Made by a program: the position numbers and the translations under genes
In this document: positions 53,404 through 64,000 of the stretch, one piece after another
Position numbering within the stretch: the stretch's first letter is position 1
How the letters are laid out: each line of letters opens with the position of its first letter
Notes under the pieces: generated by a model
Seen by the model: only the letters and a program-made list of their open reading frames with translations
Told to the model about the DNA's origin: nothing
The model's database searches: none
Sequence record: SRR22947727_398
Length of the DNA stretch: 64,000 nucleotides
Strand: one strand, 5' to 3'

Positions 53404-54651
53404 TTATGATAAGAATTTAATAGCCCTTTTTAAACCCTCAACAAAACGGTCAGCTTCTTCAATTGTATTATAAATACCAAAGCTAGCTCGCGCTGTTGAA
53501 TGTATTCCAAGACTATTCATAAGTGGTTGAGTGCAATGTTGTCCAGCCCTAATAGCGACACCATATTTATCAAGTATTTGCGCAACATCATGAGCATGAA
53601 TTCCTTCGATATTAAAGGCTAAAACAGGGCCTTTATTTTCGGAAATTCCAAATATTTTAAAATTTTCAATGCTCATTAATTGCTTCAGAGCATGATTATA
53701 AACAGAATTTTCATGCTTATGAATTTCAGAAAAATTATACTGAGAATACCAATCTATAGCAGCACCAAGACCAATCGCTTCAAGTATTGGGGGCGTTCCT
53801 GCTTCAAATTTAAATGGAGGATCATTGTAAGTTACACGGTCTTCAAAGACATCCTCAATCATTTCACCTCCACCATTAAATGGCTGCATTCTCTCCTGGA
53901 TGCTTGTTTTCGCATATAATGCACCTATGCCTGTGGGCCCATAAAGTTTATGACCTGTCATACAAAAAAGGTCAGCATCTATTTCCATCACATCAATTGG
54001 CATGTGAACAGTTGATTGAGTGCCATCAACTATGAAAATAGCTCCAGAATTATGTGCGAGTTGACCAATTTCTTTTACAGGGTTTATTGTACCCAAGACA
54101 TTTGACATATGAACAATTGAAACTATTTTTGTTTTTGGACCAAGCATAGCTTTATATATTTCTAAATCCAAGTTTCCTTGCTCCGTAACAGGAATGTATT
54201 TTAGAACTGCCCCACACCTTTCCCTAAGAAAGTGCCAAGGAACAATATTCGAATGATGTTCCATTTGCGATAAAATTATTTCATCACCAGGCTGTATTTC
54301 ATTCATTAATCCATATGCTGCTAGGTTGAGGGCTTCAGTGGCACCTTTGGTAAAAATGATATTTGATGCTTTAGATGCTCCTAAAAAATTTGCGACTTTT
54401 ATTCTTGAGTTTTCATATGCTTCTGTTGTTTCGTTAGCGAGTGTATGTAAGCCTCTATGAACATTACCGTAACTCTGACTCATCTGTTCAGAAATTGCAT
54501 TTATCACACTAAGAGGTTTTTGAGCAGATGCAGCATTATCAAGATATGCTAAGCCATAATTATTAACTTTGCGGTTAAGAATTGGAAACTGTTTTCTTAC
54601 AGCATGAATATCAAATCCTTCCAATTTATGGATATTATTTTCGATAGTCAT
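53404..54651 (-). CDS. sufS: Cysteine desulfurase, SufS class
   Basis: YLDNAASAQKP, MEHHSNIVPW, TGHKLYGPTGIG, RAGQHCTQP. Confidence 0.94.
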   Translation of the reverse strand: MTIENNIHKLEGFDIHAVRKQFPILNRKVNNYGLAYLDNAASAQKPLSVINAISEQMSQSYGNVHRGLHTLANETTEAYENSRIKVANFLGASKASNIIFTKGATEALNLAAYGLMNEIQPGDEIILSQMEHHSNIVPWHFLRERCGAVLKYIPVTEQGNLDLEIYKAMLGPKTKIVSIVHMSNVLGTINPVKEIGQLAHNSGAIFIVDGTQSTVHMPIDVMEIDADLFCMTGHKLYGPTGIGALYAKTSIQERMQPFNGGGEMIEDVFEDRVTYNDPPFKFEAGTPPILEAIGLGAAIDWYSQYNFSEIHKHENSVYNHALKQLMSIENFKIFGISENKGPVLAFNIEGIHAHDVAQILDKYGVAIRAGQHCTQPLMNSLGIHSTARASFGIYNTIEEADRFVEGLKRAIKFLS

Positions 54652-55688
54652 TACAATCTACCTCGAATTTTAGTCAAAATATTTTCCTTTAAGTGGTTAT
54701 CCTTAAGAGAATAAAAAACATCGCTCACAAACGCCTCTGTCAACATAGCCTCAGCCTCGGAAAGAGGAATAGATCTTTGGCGTAGATAAAAGAGAACATC
54801 TTCATCTAACTGACCAATAGTATTACCATGTGCACATGCTACGTCATCCGCATAGATCTCAAGTTCGGGCTTTGACCTTATCTTACTCGTATCAGAAAGC
54901 ATTAATGCATCATGCCTCATTTCTGCATCTGTGAATTGCGCGGGTCTGTGTACATGGAATTTACCTTGAAAAACTCCATTTGATTTATCTTTAACAACAC
55001 CCTTAACTAATTGCCTTATGTAGCAGTTTGGTTTTAATAAATCGATATTACTGGTCATATCACAATGACGACTTTCACTTAATAAATATGCACCATTAAT
55101 AGTTGCATTTAAGTTTTCTCCATTTGCAGTAATTATAGTTTCAATTCTTGATAAAGCTCCACCAAATGAAATAGCATTCTGTGTTATTCTTGTATCAGAC
55201 TCAGAATTAATTATAGCACTTGAAATTCTCACAGTTTCGTGGGTGTCATCATGAAATATGATCCTATCCAGCTCACCTTTATCCATAATGTTGATAATTA
55301 TATTTGTATTAATAAAAGAATTGGATTTACTTTCATGATATTCAACCAAAGATAATCTTCCACCTTTATTAATATTGATTATAATTTGTGAATGACCACA
55401 ATTAAGATTACTTATTACTAAAGGTTGATCAGACTCAAAGCTCTCAGGAACATCAATTTTCCAGGCTTTATGGCAATAATTTTCAGCGAGAACGCTTGAG
55501 ATATTTTTTAGTGATGCACACTCGCAACCAACCTCTTCAGTAGTTAGGCCATCGGGTAGAGTAAAAAAAGGTTCATTGATACTTTCAATGCCTTTAGATA
55601 TTTGATTTAGCGAACTTCTCAGGTCTGAATATTTCCAATTTTCATCACGTCTTGTAGGGAACAAATTGATATTATGCGTAGGCATCAT
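54651..55688 (-). CDS. sufD: Fe-S cluster assembly protein SufD
   Basis: PTRRDENWKYS, GVFQGK, KPELEIYADDVACAHG, FYLRQR. Confidence 0.9.
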   Translation of the reverse strand: MMPTHNINLFPTRRDENWKYSDLRSSLNQISKGIESINEPFFTLPDGLTTEEVGCECASLKNISSVLAENYCHKAWKIDVPESFESDQPLVISNLNCGHSQIIININKGGRLSLVEYHESKSNSFINTNIIINIMDKGELDRIIFHDDTHETVRISSAIINSESDTRITQNAISFGGALSRIETIITANGENLNATINGAYLLSESRHCDMTSNIDLLKPNCYIRQLVKGVVKDKSNGVFQGKFHVHRPAQFTDAEMRHDALMLSDTSKIRSKPELEIYADDVACAHGNTIGQLDEDVLFYLRQRSIPLSEAEAMLTEAFVSDVFYSLKDNHLKENILTKIRGRL

Positions 55689-56415
55689 AACCCTCAGCCT
55701 CTAATTTTTTTGCAAACTCGGCATCACCACTGGCAGCAATTCTTCCATTTGATAAAACATGAACCTTATCAGGGACTATGTAGTCTAAAAGTCTTTGGTA
55801 ATGCGTAATAATAAGTATACCCCTCTTTGGTTCTCTTAATTTATTTACACCTTCAGCAACTATTCTTAACGCATCCACATCAAGACCAGAGTCAGTTTCA
55901 TCCATAAGTATAAAATCTGGCTCAAGCATCATCATTTGAAAAATCTCCATGCGTTTTTTTTCTCCTCCAGAAAAACCTACATTCAATGGCCTTTTAAGCA
56001 TTTCAGGTTTAATTTTTAAATCCGCGGCTAGCGCCCTAGACTTCTTTAAGAATTCAGGTGCTCCCATTTCATCTAAACCATTTGCACGACGTTGGGCATT
56101 AAGAGCAGTTTTAAGAAATGTCATTGTTGGAACACCGGGTATTTCAATCGGGTATTGAAATGATAAAAACATACCTTTTGAAGCTCTCTCTTCAGGAGAT
56201 AAATCCAACAGAGATTCACCAGATAGCAGTACATCTCCAGCCGTAACTTCATAACCTGGTTTGCCTGTTAACACGTAGGACAATGTTGATTTTCCAGCAC
56301 CATTAGGACCCATAACAGCATGGACTTCACCTGCTGGTATATGTAAAGACAAGTCATGAATAATTTGCTTATTACCATTATCAACATTAGCAAATAAATT
56401 ATTGATTTTTAACAT
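55672..56415 (-). CDS. sufC: Fe-S cluster assembly ATPase SufC
   Basis: MGPNGAGKST, FQYPIEIPGV, GFSGGEKKR, DETDSGLDVD, THYQRLL. Confidence 0.96.
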   Translation of the reverse strand: MLKINNLFANVDNGNKQIIHDLSLHIPAGEVHAVMGPNGAGKSTLSYVLTGKPGYEVTAGDVLLSGESLLDLSPEERASKGMFLSFQYPIEIPGVPTMTFLKTALNAQRRANGLDEMGAPEFLKKSRALAADLKIKPEMLKRPLNVGFSGGEKKRMEIFQMMMLEPDFILMDETDSGLDVDALRIVAEGVNKLREPKRGILIITHYQRLLDYIVPDKVHVLSNGRIAASGDAEFAKKLEAEGYDAYA

Positions 56416-56460
56416 TATTTTCTTTCTGATTGTACTTTAAAAAGTGAATTAATTTTTATT

Positions 56461-56940
56461 TCAACAAGCTTTTGCTTGCCATGCAGATGTTGTATTATCG
56501 TTTAAGCATTTAATTCTTATACCAAAATCAGCTACGAATTCTGACATATCAATAGCATTAAAGCTGATAAAAATCTCTTCTGCAATCACAGGTGCTTTTG
56601 ATTTATCCGCTGCACTATATAGTAAAATATTATAATCGTTTTGTTTAAATTCAGCTTGAGCTGTAGAAACAACTTCGACTCCTTCTCTGGGAGCGAGATG
56701 TAACCTAATAATATCAACCGCCTCTCCACGTGTTAAACCTGTTTTTAGACCTATTGAGTTAGCTAATGTTTTTGAATAATTATTATACGTTATCTCTTTT
56801 TCTATCATCGAAATAGATATATGATTTTCACTGTATTGGCGATCATTTTTAACCAGACTCACTGGTTGCTTTGATACCACTAATGGATCAATATCCGTGC
56901 AGGAAGCTAAAATTACAAATAAGGGAATAAAATACCTCAT
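56461..56940 (-). CDS. Hypothetical lipoprotein inside the suf operon
   Basis: Lipobox ILASC; ATG overlaps the sufB stop (TGATG); ORF fills the sufB-sufC gap. Confidence 0.6.
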   Translation of the reverse strand: MRYFIPLFVILASCTDIDPLVVSKQPVSLVKNDRQYSENHISISMIEKEITYNNYSKTLANSIGLKTGLTRGEAVDIIRLHLAPREGVEVVSTAQAEFKQNDYNILLYSAADKSKAPVIAEEIFISFNAIDMSEFVADFGIRIKCLNDNTTSAWQAKAC

Positions 56941-58439
56941 CAACCAACGCTGCCTTCCAGACTTATTGCAACAAGTTTTTGCGCTTCAACAGCAAACTCC
57001 ATCGGTAACTCTTGGAGTACTTCTCGACAAAAACCGTTGACAAGCATAGCAACAGCGTCTTCTTCAGACAGACCACGTTGTCTACAATAAAATAACTGCT
57101 CTTCAGATAACTTACTAGTTGTAGCTTCATGTTCAAATTGTGAAGATGAGCTGTCACTTTCGATATATGGGACAGTATGCGCACCGCATTTATCACCAAT
57201 AAGTAAACTATCACACTGCGTGAAGTTTCTGGCATTTTTCGCTTTTTTATGGGCAGTAACCAAGCCTCGGTAGGTGCTGTTAGATTTTCCTGCACTAATC
57301 CCTTTTGAAATAATTCGTGACTTAGTATTTTTACCAAGATGAACCATTTTTGTACCTGTATCCGCCTGCTGAAATCCATTAGTAATTGCTATTGAATAAA
57401 ATTCTCCTTGGCTATTATCACCTTTTAAAATACAGCTAGGGTACTTCCAGGTAACGGCAGACCCTGTTTCAACCTGTGTCCAGCTTACCTTGGAGTTTTT
57501 ACCACGGCAATCAGCTCTTTTAGTAACAAAATTATATACTCCACCTTTACCTTCACTATCACCAGGCCACCAATTCTGAACAGTAGAGTATTTAACCTCT
57601 GCATCATCATGAACTATTATTTCTACTATTGCTGCATGCAACTGGTTCTCATCACGCATGGGGGCTGTGCAGCCCTCTAGATAAGAAACATATGAGCCTT
57701 TATCGGCAATAATAAGCGTGCGTTCAAACTGGCCAGTGCCTTGGGCATTCATTCGAAAATATGTAGAAAGCTCCATTGGACACCTTACACCCTCAGGAAT
57801 ATACACAAATGACCCGTCGGAAAATACTGCATTATTTAAGGTTGCATAGTAATTATCGGTTAAAGGAACCACTGAACCCATGTACTTCCTTACAAGTTCT
57901 GGATGTTCTTTAACTGCCTCTGAAAAAGAGCAAAATATAATGCCTTTCTCCGCTAATTCTTTTTTAAATGTAGTGACTACTGAAACCGAATCCAGAACGG
58001 CATCCACAGCAACTTTTGGCGCACCTTTTACTCCTGCCAATACTTCTTGTTCTTTAAGGGAAATTCCTAATTTGTCATAAATAGCTAATATTTCTGGATC
58101 AACTTCATCTAATGATTTAGGTTTATCATCATCCGACTTGGGTGCCGCATAATAATAAGCATCCTGAAAATCTATTTTTGGATAATTTACATTAGCCCAA
58201 ACTGGCTCCTTTAAATGCAACCACCTGTTATATGCCTCCAAGCGCCAATCTAAAAGCCATTGTGGTTCATCTTTTTTCGCTGAAATAAATCTAACGATAT
58301 CTTCATTTAGTCCCTTTGGAGCAAATTCCTGTTCTATGTCACTATCAAAACCATATTTGTATTTTTCAGCCTCAAGCGAACGAACACCATCTACAGTTGA
58401 CTTATCAATACTAGATTTAATTTTTACTTCTTCAGTCAT
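56940..58439 (-). CDS. sufB: Fe-S cluster assembly protein SufB
   Basis: [45 protein letters not shown]. Confidence 0.97.
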   Translation of the reverse strand: MTEEVKIKSSIDKSTVDGVRSLEAEKYKYGFDSDIEQEFAPKGLNEDIVRFISAKKDEPQWLLDWRLEAYNRWLHLKEPVWANVNYPKIDFQDAYYYAAPKSDDDKPKSLDEVDPEILAIYDKLGISLKEQEVLAGVKGAPKVAVDAVLDSVSVVTTFKKELAEKGIIFCSFSEAVKEHPELVRKYMGSVVPLTDNYYATLNNAVFSDGSFVYIPEGVRCPMELSTYFRMNAQGTGQFERTLIIADKGSYVSYLEGCTAPMRDENQLHAAIVEIIVHDDAEVKYSTVQNWWPGDSEGKGGVYNFVTKRADCRGKNSKVSWTQVETGSAVTWKYPSCILKGDNSQGEFYSIAITNGFQQADTGTKMVHLGKNTKSRIISKGISAGKSNSTYRGLVTAHKKAKNARNFTQCDSLLIGDKCGAHTVPYIESDSSSSQFEHEATTSKLSEEQLFYCRQRGLSEEDAVAMLVNGFCREVLQELPMEFAVEAQKLVAISLEGSVG

Positions 58440-59550
58440 TTATATTTTCCATTCTATTTCGTATGCTTGACCAAGCTGATAAAATCTGGTCGACATCTTT
58501 ATTTGTGCTTTTATAACCAAAACTAACTCTCAGTGCACCCTTCGGGGCAAGGCTAGATAAACCCATTGATTTTATGATACGGTTTTCATTAGACTTACCA
58601 GAGGAACATGCCGAACCTGTCGAAACAGAAATACCAGCAAGGTCTAGTGCCATCATCATCGTCATAGCGTTTAAGTTTGGAGAGGAAATAAAGCTAGTAT
58701 TGGGCAAGCGCTCAGCATTAGCCCCAAAAATATTGATATCACTTTCTATATTTTCCAAACGTTTTTCAAATGAGTCGCGAAGTTTTTTTGTATGATCCAA
58801 ATTCGCCATTACACTGGCAGCAACTCCAAAACCATGAATACCTGCTAAATTCATAGTTCCTGATCGCATTCTACGCTCTTGTCCTCCCCCACAAAGTAGG
58901 GGCGATAAAGGGGTATCTGGACAAACATATAAAGCTCCCACACCCTGTGGGCCTCCTATTTTATGAGCTGATATAGCTATATAGTCGGCTCTAAATAACA
59001 TAGGTATTTTGCCAAAGGCCTGAACAGCATCAACAAGAATTAAACCACCATATTGATGAACGAGATCAGTTATTGCTTCTACAGGTTGAAGTACACCCGT
59101 TTCCCCATTAGCAGCTGACACAGATACAAATGGCCTACCGTCAGAAGTATTCCAATTTTTTAGTATTTCTTTAAGATAGTCTATATCTGTAATACCATTA
59201 ACATCAGTAGGAATAAAATCATGGGAATAACCCCAATTCTCAGCTGCTTTGAAAGTGGCTGTATGATCAGCATTTGAAAATAACATTTTCTTACATCCAG
59301 CATTGTAAGCAGCATAAATCGCTGTATTTAGGGATTCAGTACCACTACCTGTGAAAATAATGTCTTGAGAACAAACCCCCATTTCTAATCCAATAATTTC
59401 TCGAGCTTTGGATATAATGGCATTAGCCTTACGACCATCACTGTGCTGAGCCGAGGGGTTACCACAAAGATTCATAACTTCAGTTACAGCAGTTATTACT
59501 TCTGGCCTTATTGGACTACTAGCGTTGTTATCAAGATAAACTCTAGTCAA
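58432..59550 (-). CDS. Cysteine desulfurase, IscS/NifS class
   Basis: [43 protein letters not shown]. Confidence 0.9.
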   Translation of the reverse strand: MTRVYLDNNASSPIRPEVITAVTEVMNLCGNPSAQHSDGRKANAIISKAREIIGLEMGVCSQDIIFTGSGTESLNTAIYAAYNAGCKKMLFSNADHTATFKAAENWGYSHDFIPTDVNGITDIDYLKEILKNWNTSDGRPFVSVSAANGETGVLQPVEAITDLVHQYGGLILVDAVQAFGKIPMLFRADYIAISAHKIGGPQGVGALYVCPDTPLSPLLCGGGQERRMRSGTMNLAGIHGFGVAASVMANLDHTKKLRDSFEKRLENIESDINIFGANAERLPNTSFISSPNLNAMTMMMALDLAGISVSTGSACSSGKSNENRIIKSMGLSSLAPKGALRVSFGYKSTNKDVDQILSAWSSIRNRMENIND

Positions 59551-59662
59551 AACACATACCTTTATATGTTAAAGTCAATAACAATTGCATTTCGACTAAA
59601 AATATCAGTTTAAACTTCCCTTGAAAGTTATTTATTATTTCGTGAAATAAAAACAAATTATT

Positions 59663-60094
59663 CTAACCTATACTTTTATTATAAAAATTTTCGGAAATCA
59701 CATCGTGAACCGTAACGGATATTAAAAATTCCTCTATGTGATTCTCCAAGGCACCCCAAAGATTATGAGTTAAACAAAGATCAGCTTTTCCTGTACAAGC
59801 CCTTTTTAAGCTTGGGCTACAACCATGAGCCTGAATATTTTCATCAACTGCATGAATTATTTTATCAAGTGTTAAATTCTTGGCAGAATGCGCCAACACA
59901 TATCCTCCTGATGCCCCTCTGTAACTTTCAACAAGTCCAGCACGCCTCAATTTTGCGAACAATTGTTCTAAGTAATTCAATGATATACCTTGGCGTCGTG
60001 AAATATCTACCAAAGGTATTCGCACATCTGAGCCTTGAGCGGCCATATCAGCTATAGCCATGACAGCATATCTTCCTTTTGATGTTAGTTTCAC
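59663..60094 (-). CDS. iscR: Rrf2-family Fe-S regulator (IscR)
   Basis: MKLTSKGRYAVMA, YLEQLFAKLR, SYRGASGGY, and three Cys plus His (C-x7-C-x6-C-x2-H) matching IscR cluster ligands; heads the suf operon. Confidence 0.88.
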   Translation of the reverse strand: MKLTSKGRYAVMAIADMAAQGSDVRIPLVDISRRQGISLNYLEQLFAKLRRAGLVESYRGASGGYVLAHSAKNLTLDKIIHAVDENIQAHGCSPSLKRACTGKADLCLTHNLWGALENHIEEFLISVTVHDVISENFYNKSIG

Positions 60095-60183
60095 TTTTAA
60101 TAACTTTCTTTAAAGGTTTTTCTCGCTTTTTTATAATTGAGTTGTTAAAGCCCCAATAAAACGTCTTACGTCAGGCATGTAAG

Positions 60184-60208
60184 TATTCCGACTAGTTTAG
60201 TCAAGTTT
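60184..60208. promoter_or_regulatory. IscR type-1-like binding site overlapping the iscR -35
   Basis: TATTCCGACTAGTTTAGTCAAGTTT has the YYGACT-N5-AGTCRR core of IscR type 1 sites; the minus strand reads TTGACT. Confidence 0.75.
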
Positions 60209-60254
60209 AAGAATGCAAAGACTGACTGCGACAAAACCGTAATTAAGGAATGCC

Positions 60255-60923
60255 ATGCCAGAAGTTATTTTTAATGGACCAGAAGGAAGACTTGAAGGAC
60301 GTTATCACCCCTCAGATGACCCCCAAGCTCCATGCGCTTTAATTTTACCACCACACCCCAAAGCTGGAGGTCACATGGACCACAGAATTACTGTAGCAAT
60401 GTATGAGCAATACAAAGCGCGTGGCTTCTCAGTGCTAAGATTTAATTTCAGGGGGGTAGGAAGATCTGTAGGAGAATATGATAATGGACAGGGTGAGTTG
60501 CAAGATGCTGCTTACGCAATGGATTATATCCAAAGCTTTAATCAGAACGCTCCCTTTACATGGGTTTCAGGCTACTCATTCGGAGCTTGGATCGGAATGC
60601 AGTTATTAATGAGACGCCCAGAAGTTTCTGGATTTATCTCCATGAGTTTACCCACTAATACATATGATTTTGCATTTTTAGCCCCTTGTCCAGCTTCAGG
60701 TTTAATTACTTATGGCTCACAAGACCCTATAGTACCAGCCGACGAAGTAGATAATGTCGTTGAAAAAATCCGCGTACAAAAAGGACACAAAATATACACG
60801 CATTGTATTGAAGGTGCTGACCATTTTTATACTAATCATCTGGACATAGCCATGAATGTTATTGATGATTATTTGGATGCAAATCTAGATCCACAATATT
60901 GCCCGCCTCGTGAACTTGAATAA
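60255..60923 (+). CDS. Alpha/beta hydrolase (conserved neighbour of iscR)
   Basis: GPEGRLEGRY, PHPKAGG, RFNFRGVGRS, GYSFG, GADHF. Confidence 0.88.
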   Translation: MPEVIFNGPEGRLEGRYHPSDDPQAPCALILPPHPKAGGHMDHRITVAMYEQYKARGFSVLRFNFRGVGRSVGEYDNGQGELQDAAYAMDYIQSFNQNAPFTWVSGYSFGAWIGMQLLMRRPEVSGFISMSLPTNTYDFAFLAPCPASGLITYGSQDPIVPADEVDNVVEKIRVQKGHKIYTHCIEGADHFYTNHLDIAMNVIDDYLDANLDPQYCPPRELE

Positions 60924-61031
60924 GCCTAAAAATATTTGTTATCATATTGAAGCATAATATATTTAATCGATCTGTAAGTAATTTACATGTAAATTTATAA
61001 TATAAAATATTTAATTACTTTGTAGAAAATA

Positions 61032-62150
61032 TTAATTTGGTAATGCTAGTTTTCCACCAATTAAGGGCTCCATTACTCCAGTTGTAGTTGGGAAGCTAAT
61101 AGGTAGACATAGGTGAGATCTTACAGCTAAATAAGCGAAAGCTTGAGCCTCTACCGCATCAGAAACCCAACCAACTTTTTCGGTAGTGGAAATTCTCATA
61201 TCCAGCTTTCTGTTTAATGAAGAAATTATGGATCTATTGTGCCTGCCGCCGCCGCAAACAATCATTTCAAGTGGTTTTTCTTTAAATCCCTCCGTAACAT
61301 TTACCACAGCCTCTACAATAAAGGCAACTAATGTTGCGGCTCCGTCTTCAACGGAAAAACTTTTTAGATCATTTAATACGTCAAAGTCATATCGATCAGC
61401 GGAACGGGGTATTTTTCTTTTAAAAAAATCATGCTCCAACCAATTTTCTACCAAATCATAATCAGCATTACCCGCTAATGCATATTGACCATAAGGATCG
61501 TAAGACCCCAAACCGTTTTGATAAATCCAGTTATCAATTGGGCCATTTCCTGGTCCAGTATCAGTGGCTATGATTTTATTATTTTTCTCTATCAAAGTCA
61601 TATTAGAGACTCCCCCTATATTCAAAACAACAGTAGGAAGTTTCAATTTAGAATACATTGAAAGTGATTTATGATAAATTGGAGCTAAAGGAGCGCCCTG
61701 CCCCATATTAATAATATCATTACTTCTAAAATCATACCATACGGGGCAATTGAGTGCTTTCGCCAGACTCTCGCCATTACCAAGCTGCAATGTTTGTCCT
61801 CTCGTTCCAGCCTTTGGAGGATAATGCAAGACTGTTTGACCATGAAAACCGATAAAGTTTAACCTTCGAGACCAACTTTTATTATTTTCACATAATTGTT
61901 CAACAGCAAGTTTATGGGTTTTTAAAATAACATTTTCTGCATCTTTAAATATAGAAGGTCGCGGACCAATGAACTTCCACTGCAAAGCAGACTGAATAGT
62001 TTGTTCCAAAACTTCTCTTTCCTCTGATGAGTACTGAATACATAAACTTGGTCCAAATTCATAAATTTTTTCACCGTCCGTATGCAAGAAAGCAGCATCT
62101 ACGCCATCCAACGAGGTTCCACTCATCAAGCCTAAAGACACATAATCCAT
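61032..62150 (-). CDS. anmK: Anhydro-N-acetylmuramic acid kinase
   Basis: GLMSGTSLDGVD, GFHGQTVLH, GQGAPLAP, NIGGVSN, DTGPGN, EAQAFAYLA. Confidence 0.95.
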   Translation of the reverse strand: MDYVSLGLMSGTSLDGVDAAFLHTDGEKIYEFGPSLCIQYSSEEREVLEQTIQSALQWKFIGPRPSIFKDAENVILKTHKLAVEQLCENNKSWSRRLNFIGFHGQTVLHYPPKAGTRGQTLQLGNGESLAKALNCPVWYDFRSNDIINMGQGAPLAPIYHKSLSMYSKLKLPTVVLNIGGVSNMTLIEKNNKIIATDTGPGNGPIDNWIYQNGLGSYDPYGQYALAGNADYDLVENWLEHDFFKRKIPRSADRYDFDVLNDLKSFSVEDGAATLVAFIVEAVVNVTEGFKEKPLEMIVCGGGRHNRSIISSLNRKLDMRISTTEKVGWVSDAVEAQAFAYLAVRSHLCLPISFPTTTGVMEPLIGGKLALPN

Positions 62151-62224
62151 TTGATCTGAACTTACCTCTTTAACTTAGCAATTAGTATTGCTAGTACACT
62201 AAAAGATATAGTTAGGCCAGAAAC

Positions 62225-63493
62225 ATGAATAAATATCAATCAAAATTGATGCAAAACCTCACTGAAAGAGGTTTTTTATATCAATGTACAGACCCAAAGG
62301 GCCTCGATAGTTTAGCATACAAAGAAAATTTAACAGGGTATATTGGGTTTGACTGTACCGCGCCAAGCTTGCATGTTGGCTCGTTAGTTCAAATTATGAT
62401 GCTACGCCAACTACAAAAAGCAGGAGGACGTCCCATAATACTGCTTGGTGGGGGTACCACAAAAATTGGCGATCCCTCGGATAAAGACAAATCAAGACCT
62501 ATATTAACTGACGATTTAATAAAAAAGAACAAAGAGGGAATTGGAAGAGTTTTTTCTAAGTTTTTAAGCTTTGAAGGCCCTAATAGCGCTATAATAGTTG
62601 ACAATAATGACTGGCTAGGTGGGCTTGGTTACATTAATTTCTTAAGGGATGTAGGAAAACTATTCACAATAAATCGTATGATTGCAATGGAAACTGTCAA
62701 AAGGCGTATAGAGAATGAACTTCCAATGACCTTTTTAGAGTTTAACTACCCTCTACTACAAAGCTATGATTTTGTTGAACTAAATAAAAGATATAACTGC
62801 ACATTACAACTTGGTGGTTCAGATCAATGGGGAAATATAACAAATGGGATAGACCTTACAAGAAGAATGTCTGGCGCCCAATGTTATGGTTTTACAACAC
62901 CATTAATCACAACAGCATCTGGAGGAAAGATGGGCAAAACAGCTGATGGGGCCATATGGCTTAACTCTGATACTTCTTTAGGAGAGAATTATTCAAAAAG
63001 TTCATATGATTATTGGCAATTTTGGCGAAATACTGATGATGCTGATGTTGGAAAGTTTTTTAAGCTATTTACAGATTTACCTTTGAGTCAAATAGACGAT
63101 ATTGAAAAACTTACAGGTGCTGACATAAACAAAGCAAAGATTCAGTTGGCAAATGAAGTCACGGCGATGCTGCACGGGATTAAAGCCGCGAAAGAAGCAG
63201 AAGCAACCGCTCGTGATACATTCGAAAAAGGGTTAAATTCAACAGGATTACCAACGATTATGATAGAGAGAAATAAGTTTGAAGGTATAGGAATTCTTCA
63301 AGCCTCTGTTCTTACAGGACTTGCATCATCTAATGGAGAGGGCAGAAGGCATATAAAGGCAGGGGCATTGAAGATTAATGATATAAAGGTTGAGGACTTT
63401 GAATATAAACTATCAAAAAACGATTTAGAAAATGGGTGTATTAAAATTTCTATAGGAAAAAAGAAGCATGCTATATTAAAATTGAATAATTAG
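62225..63493 (+). CDS. tyrS: Tyrosine--tRNA ligase
   Basis: GFDCTAPSLHVG, YPLLQSYDF, QLGGSDQWGN, KMGKT, C-terminal S4 domain. Confidence 0.97.
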   Translation: MNKYQSKLMQNLTERGFLYQCTDPKGLDSLAYKENLTGYIGFDCTAPSLHVGSLVQIMMLRQLQKAGGRPIILLGGGTTKIGDPSDKDKSRPILTDDLIKKNKEGIGRVFSKFLSFEGPNSAIIVDNNDWLGGLGYINFLRDVGKLFTINRMIAMETVKRRIENELPMTFLEFNYPLLQSYDFVELNKRYNCTLQLGGSDQWGNITNGIDLTRRMSGAQCYGFTTPLITTASGGKMGKTADGAIWLNSDTSLGENYSKSSYDYWQFWRNTDDADVGKFFKLFTDLPLSQIDDIEKLTGADINKAKIQLANEVTAMLHGIKAAKEAEATARDTFEKGLNSTGLPTIMIERNKFEGIGILQASVLTGLASSNGEGRRHIKAGALKINDIKVEDFEYKLSKNDLENGCIKISIGKKKHAILKLNN

Positions 63494-63494
63494 A

Positions 63495-63998
63495 TCATTC
63501 AAAATTATCACTTAACTCTTCAGCTTCAGACCAGCTTTTATTACTTAACTTATTTCTATTTGTACGAAAAATTCCACGTAAAAATCCTGGAGTTAGAGCA
63601 GATAAAGGGTTAACTAATATTTGACTATTACTGAATGCGCCCTTTACCGTATAACTGAGTGCAAAAATACCTTCGCCTTTTTTACCAACAAATATATCAC
63701 CAATGACTGGAATCTCTCCCAACATAGAGTTAGCAGTATAGGCTGGTACTAACACCCCATCCATATCAATTTTTTGAGTGTCAAAGTTAACTTCCCCTGT
63801 GCCTGTCATTCCTAGAGCAGGCCCTGAAACACGTGCATCTTTAATATTTAGCTCACTATCTTTATAAATAAAAGGAATAGAAAATTCATTAAAATTCAAT
63901 CCATCTCCACTTAGCGTGTCAGTTATCCCTTTTAGAGATGCTACAGACAATATTTGAGCTAAAATTGGAGCTTTTACCAAGGTAAAATCTTCAATTTC
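63495..63998 (-). CDS. AsmA/YhdP-like protein C-terminus (5'-truncated)
   Basis: GVLVPAYTANS...IPVIG...GEGIFALSYTVKG...VNPLSALTPGFLR resembles the AsmA_2 C-terminal domain; frame is open to the window end. Confidence 0.75.
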   Translation of the reverse strand, partial: EIEDFTLVKAPILAQILSVASLKGITDTLSGDGLNFNEFSIPFIYKDSELNIKDARVSGPALGMTGTGEVNFDTQKIDMDGVLVPAYTANSMLGEIPVIGDIFVGKKGEGIFALSYTVKGAFSNSQILVNPLSALTPGFLRGIFRTNRNKLSNKSWSEAEELSDNFE

Positions 63999-64000
63999 TA

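Noticed and set aside
56963-57379. 138-aa same-strand alternative-frame ORF within sufB
   Set aside because: sufB is intact in its own frame, and there is no frameshift signal or recognisable domain.

Overview
A 64 kb, AT-rich, very gene-dense stretch of core chromosome from an alphaproteobacterium. The cckA-recA-alaS-icd order, GTTC-N7-GTTC LexA boxes, single-Cys DksA, class II DAHP synthase and iscR-suf layout support this. A streamlined marine Caulobacterales/Maricaulales-like lineage is my inference only. Contents: a choline uptake/oxidation cluster (BCCT-betA-fghA), a sulfate-activation operon (cysD-cysNC-DHH phosphoesterase), tRNA-Leu(TAA), purB/C/S/Q/L, bolA/grxD, rpsD, icd, alaS, recA, cckA, dksA, prfC, serS-surE-pcm, gltX, nadE, HU, a TonB-dependent receptor, rluD-rpoH, an iscR-iscS-sufBCDS-sufT-sufA cluster, anmK and tyrS. 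I see no CRISPR array, transposase, integrase or rRNA. The most unusual element is CysD, which carries an in-frame 71-aa N-terminal domain resembling the small Cro-like HTH proteins of alphaproteobacterial prophages. A perfect 16-bp palindrome (GTGGGATATATCCCAC) lies 4 nt upstream of its start codon. This suggests an ATP sulfurylase that represses its own operon, possibly by co-opting a phage repressor together with its operator. The operon ends in a DHH/DHHA1 protein that may act as a non-CysQ pAp phosphatase. A candidate three-hairpin sRNA with anti-Shine-Dalgarno loops lies between gltX and serS. All family assignments come from motif recognition by eye; no database search was run.
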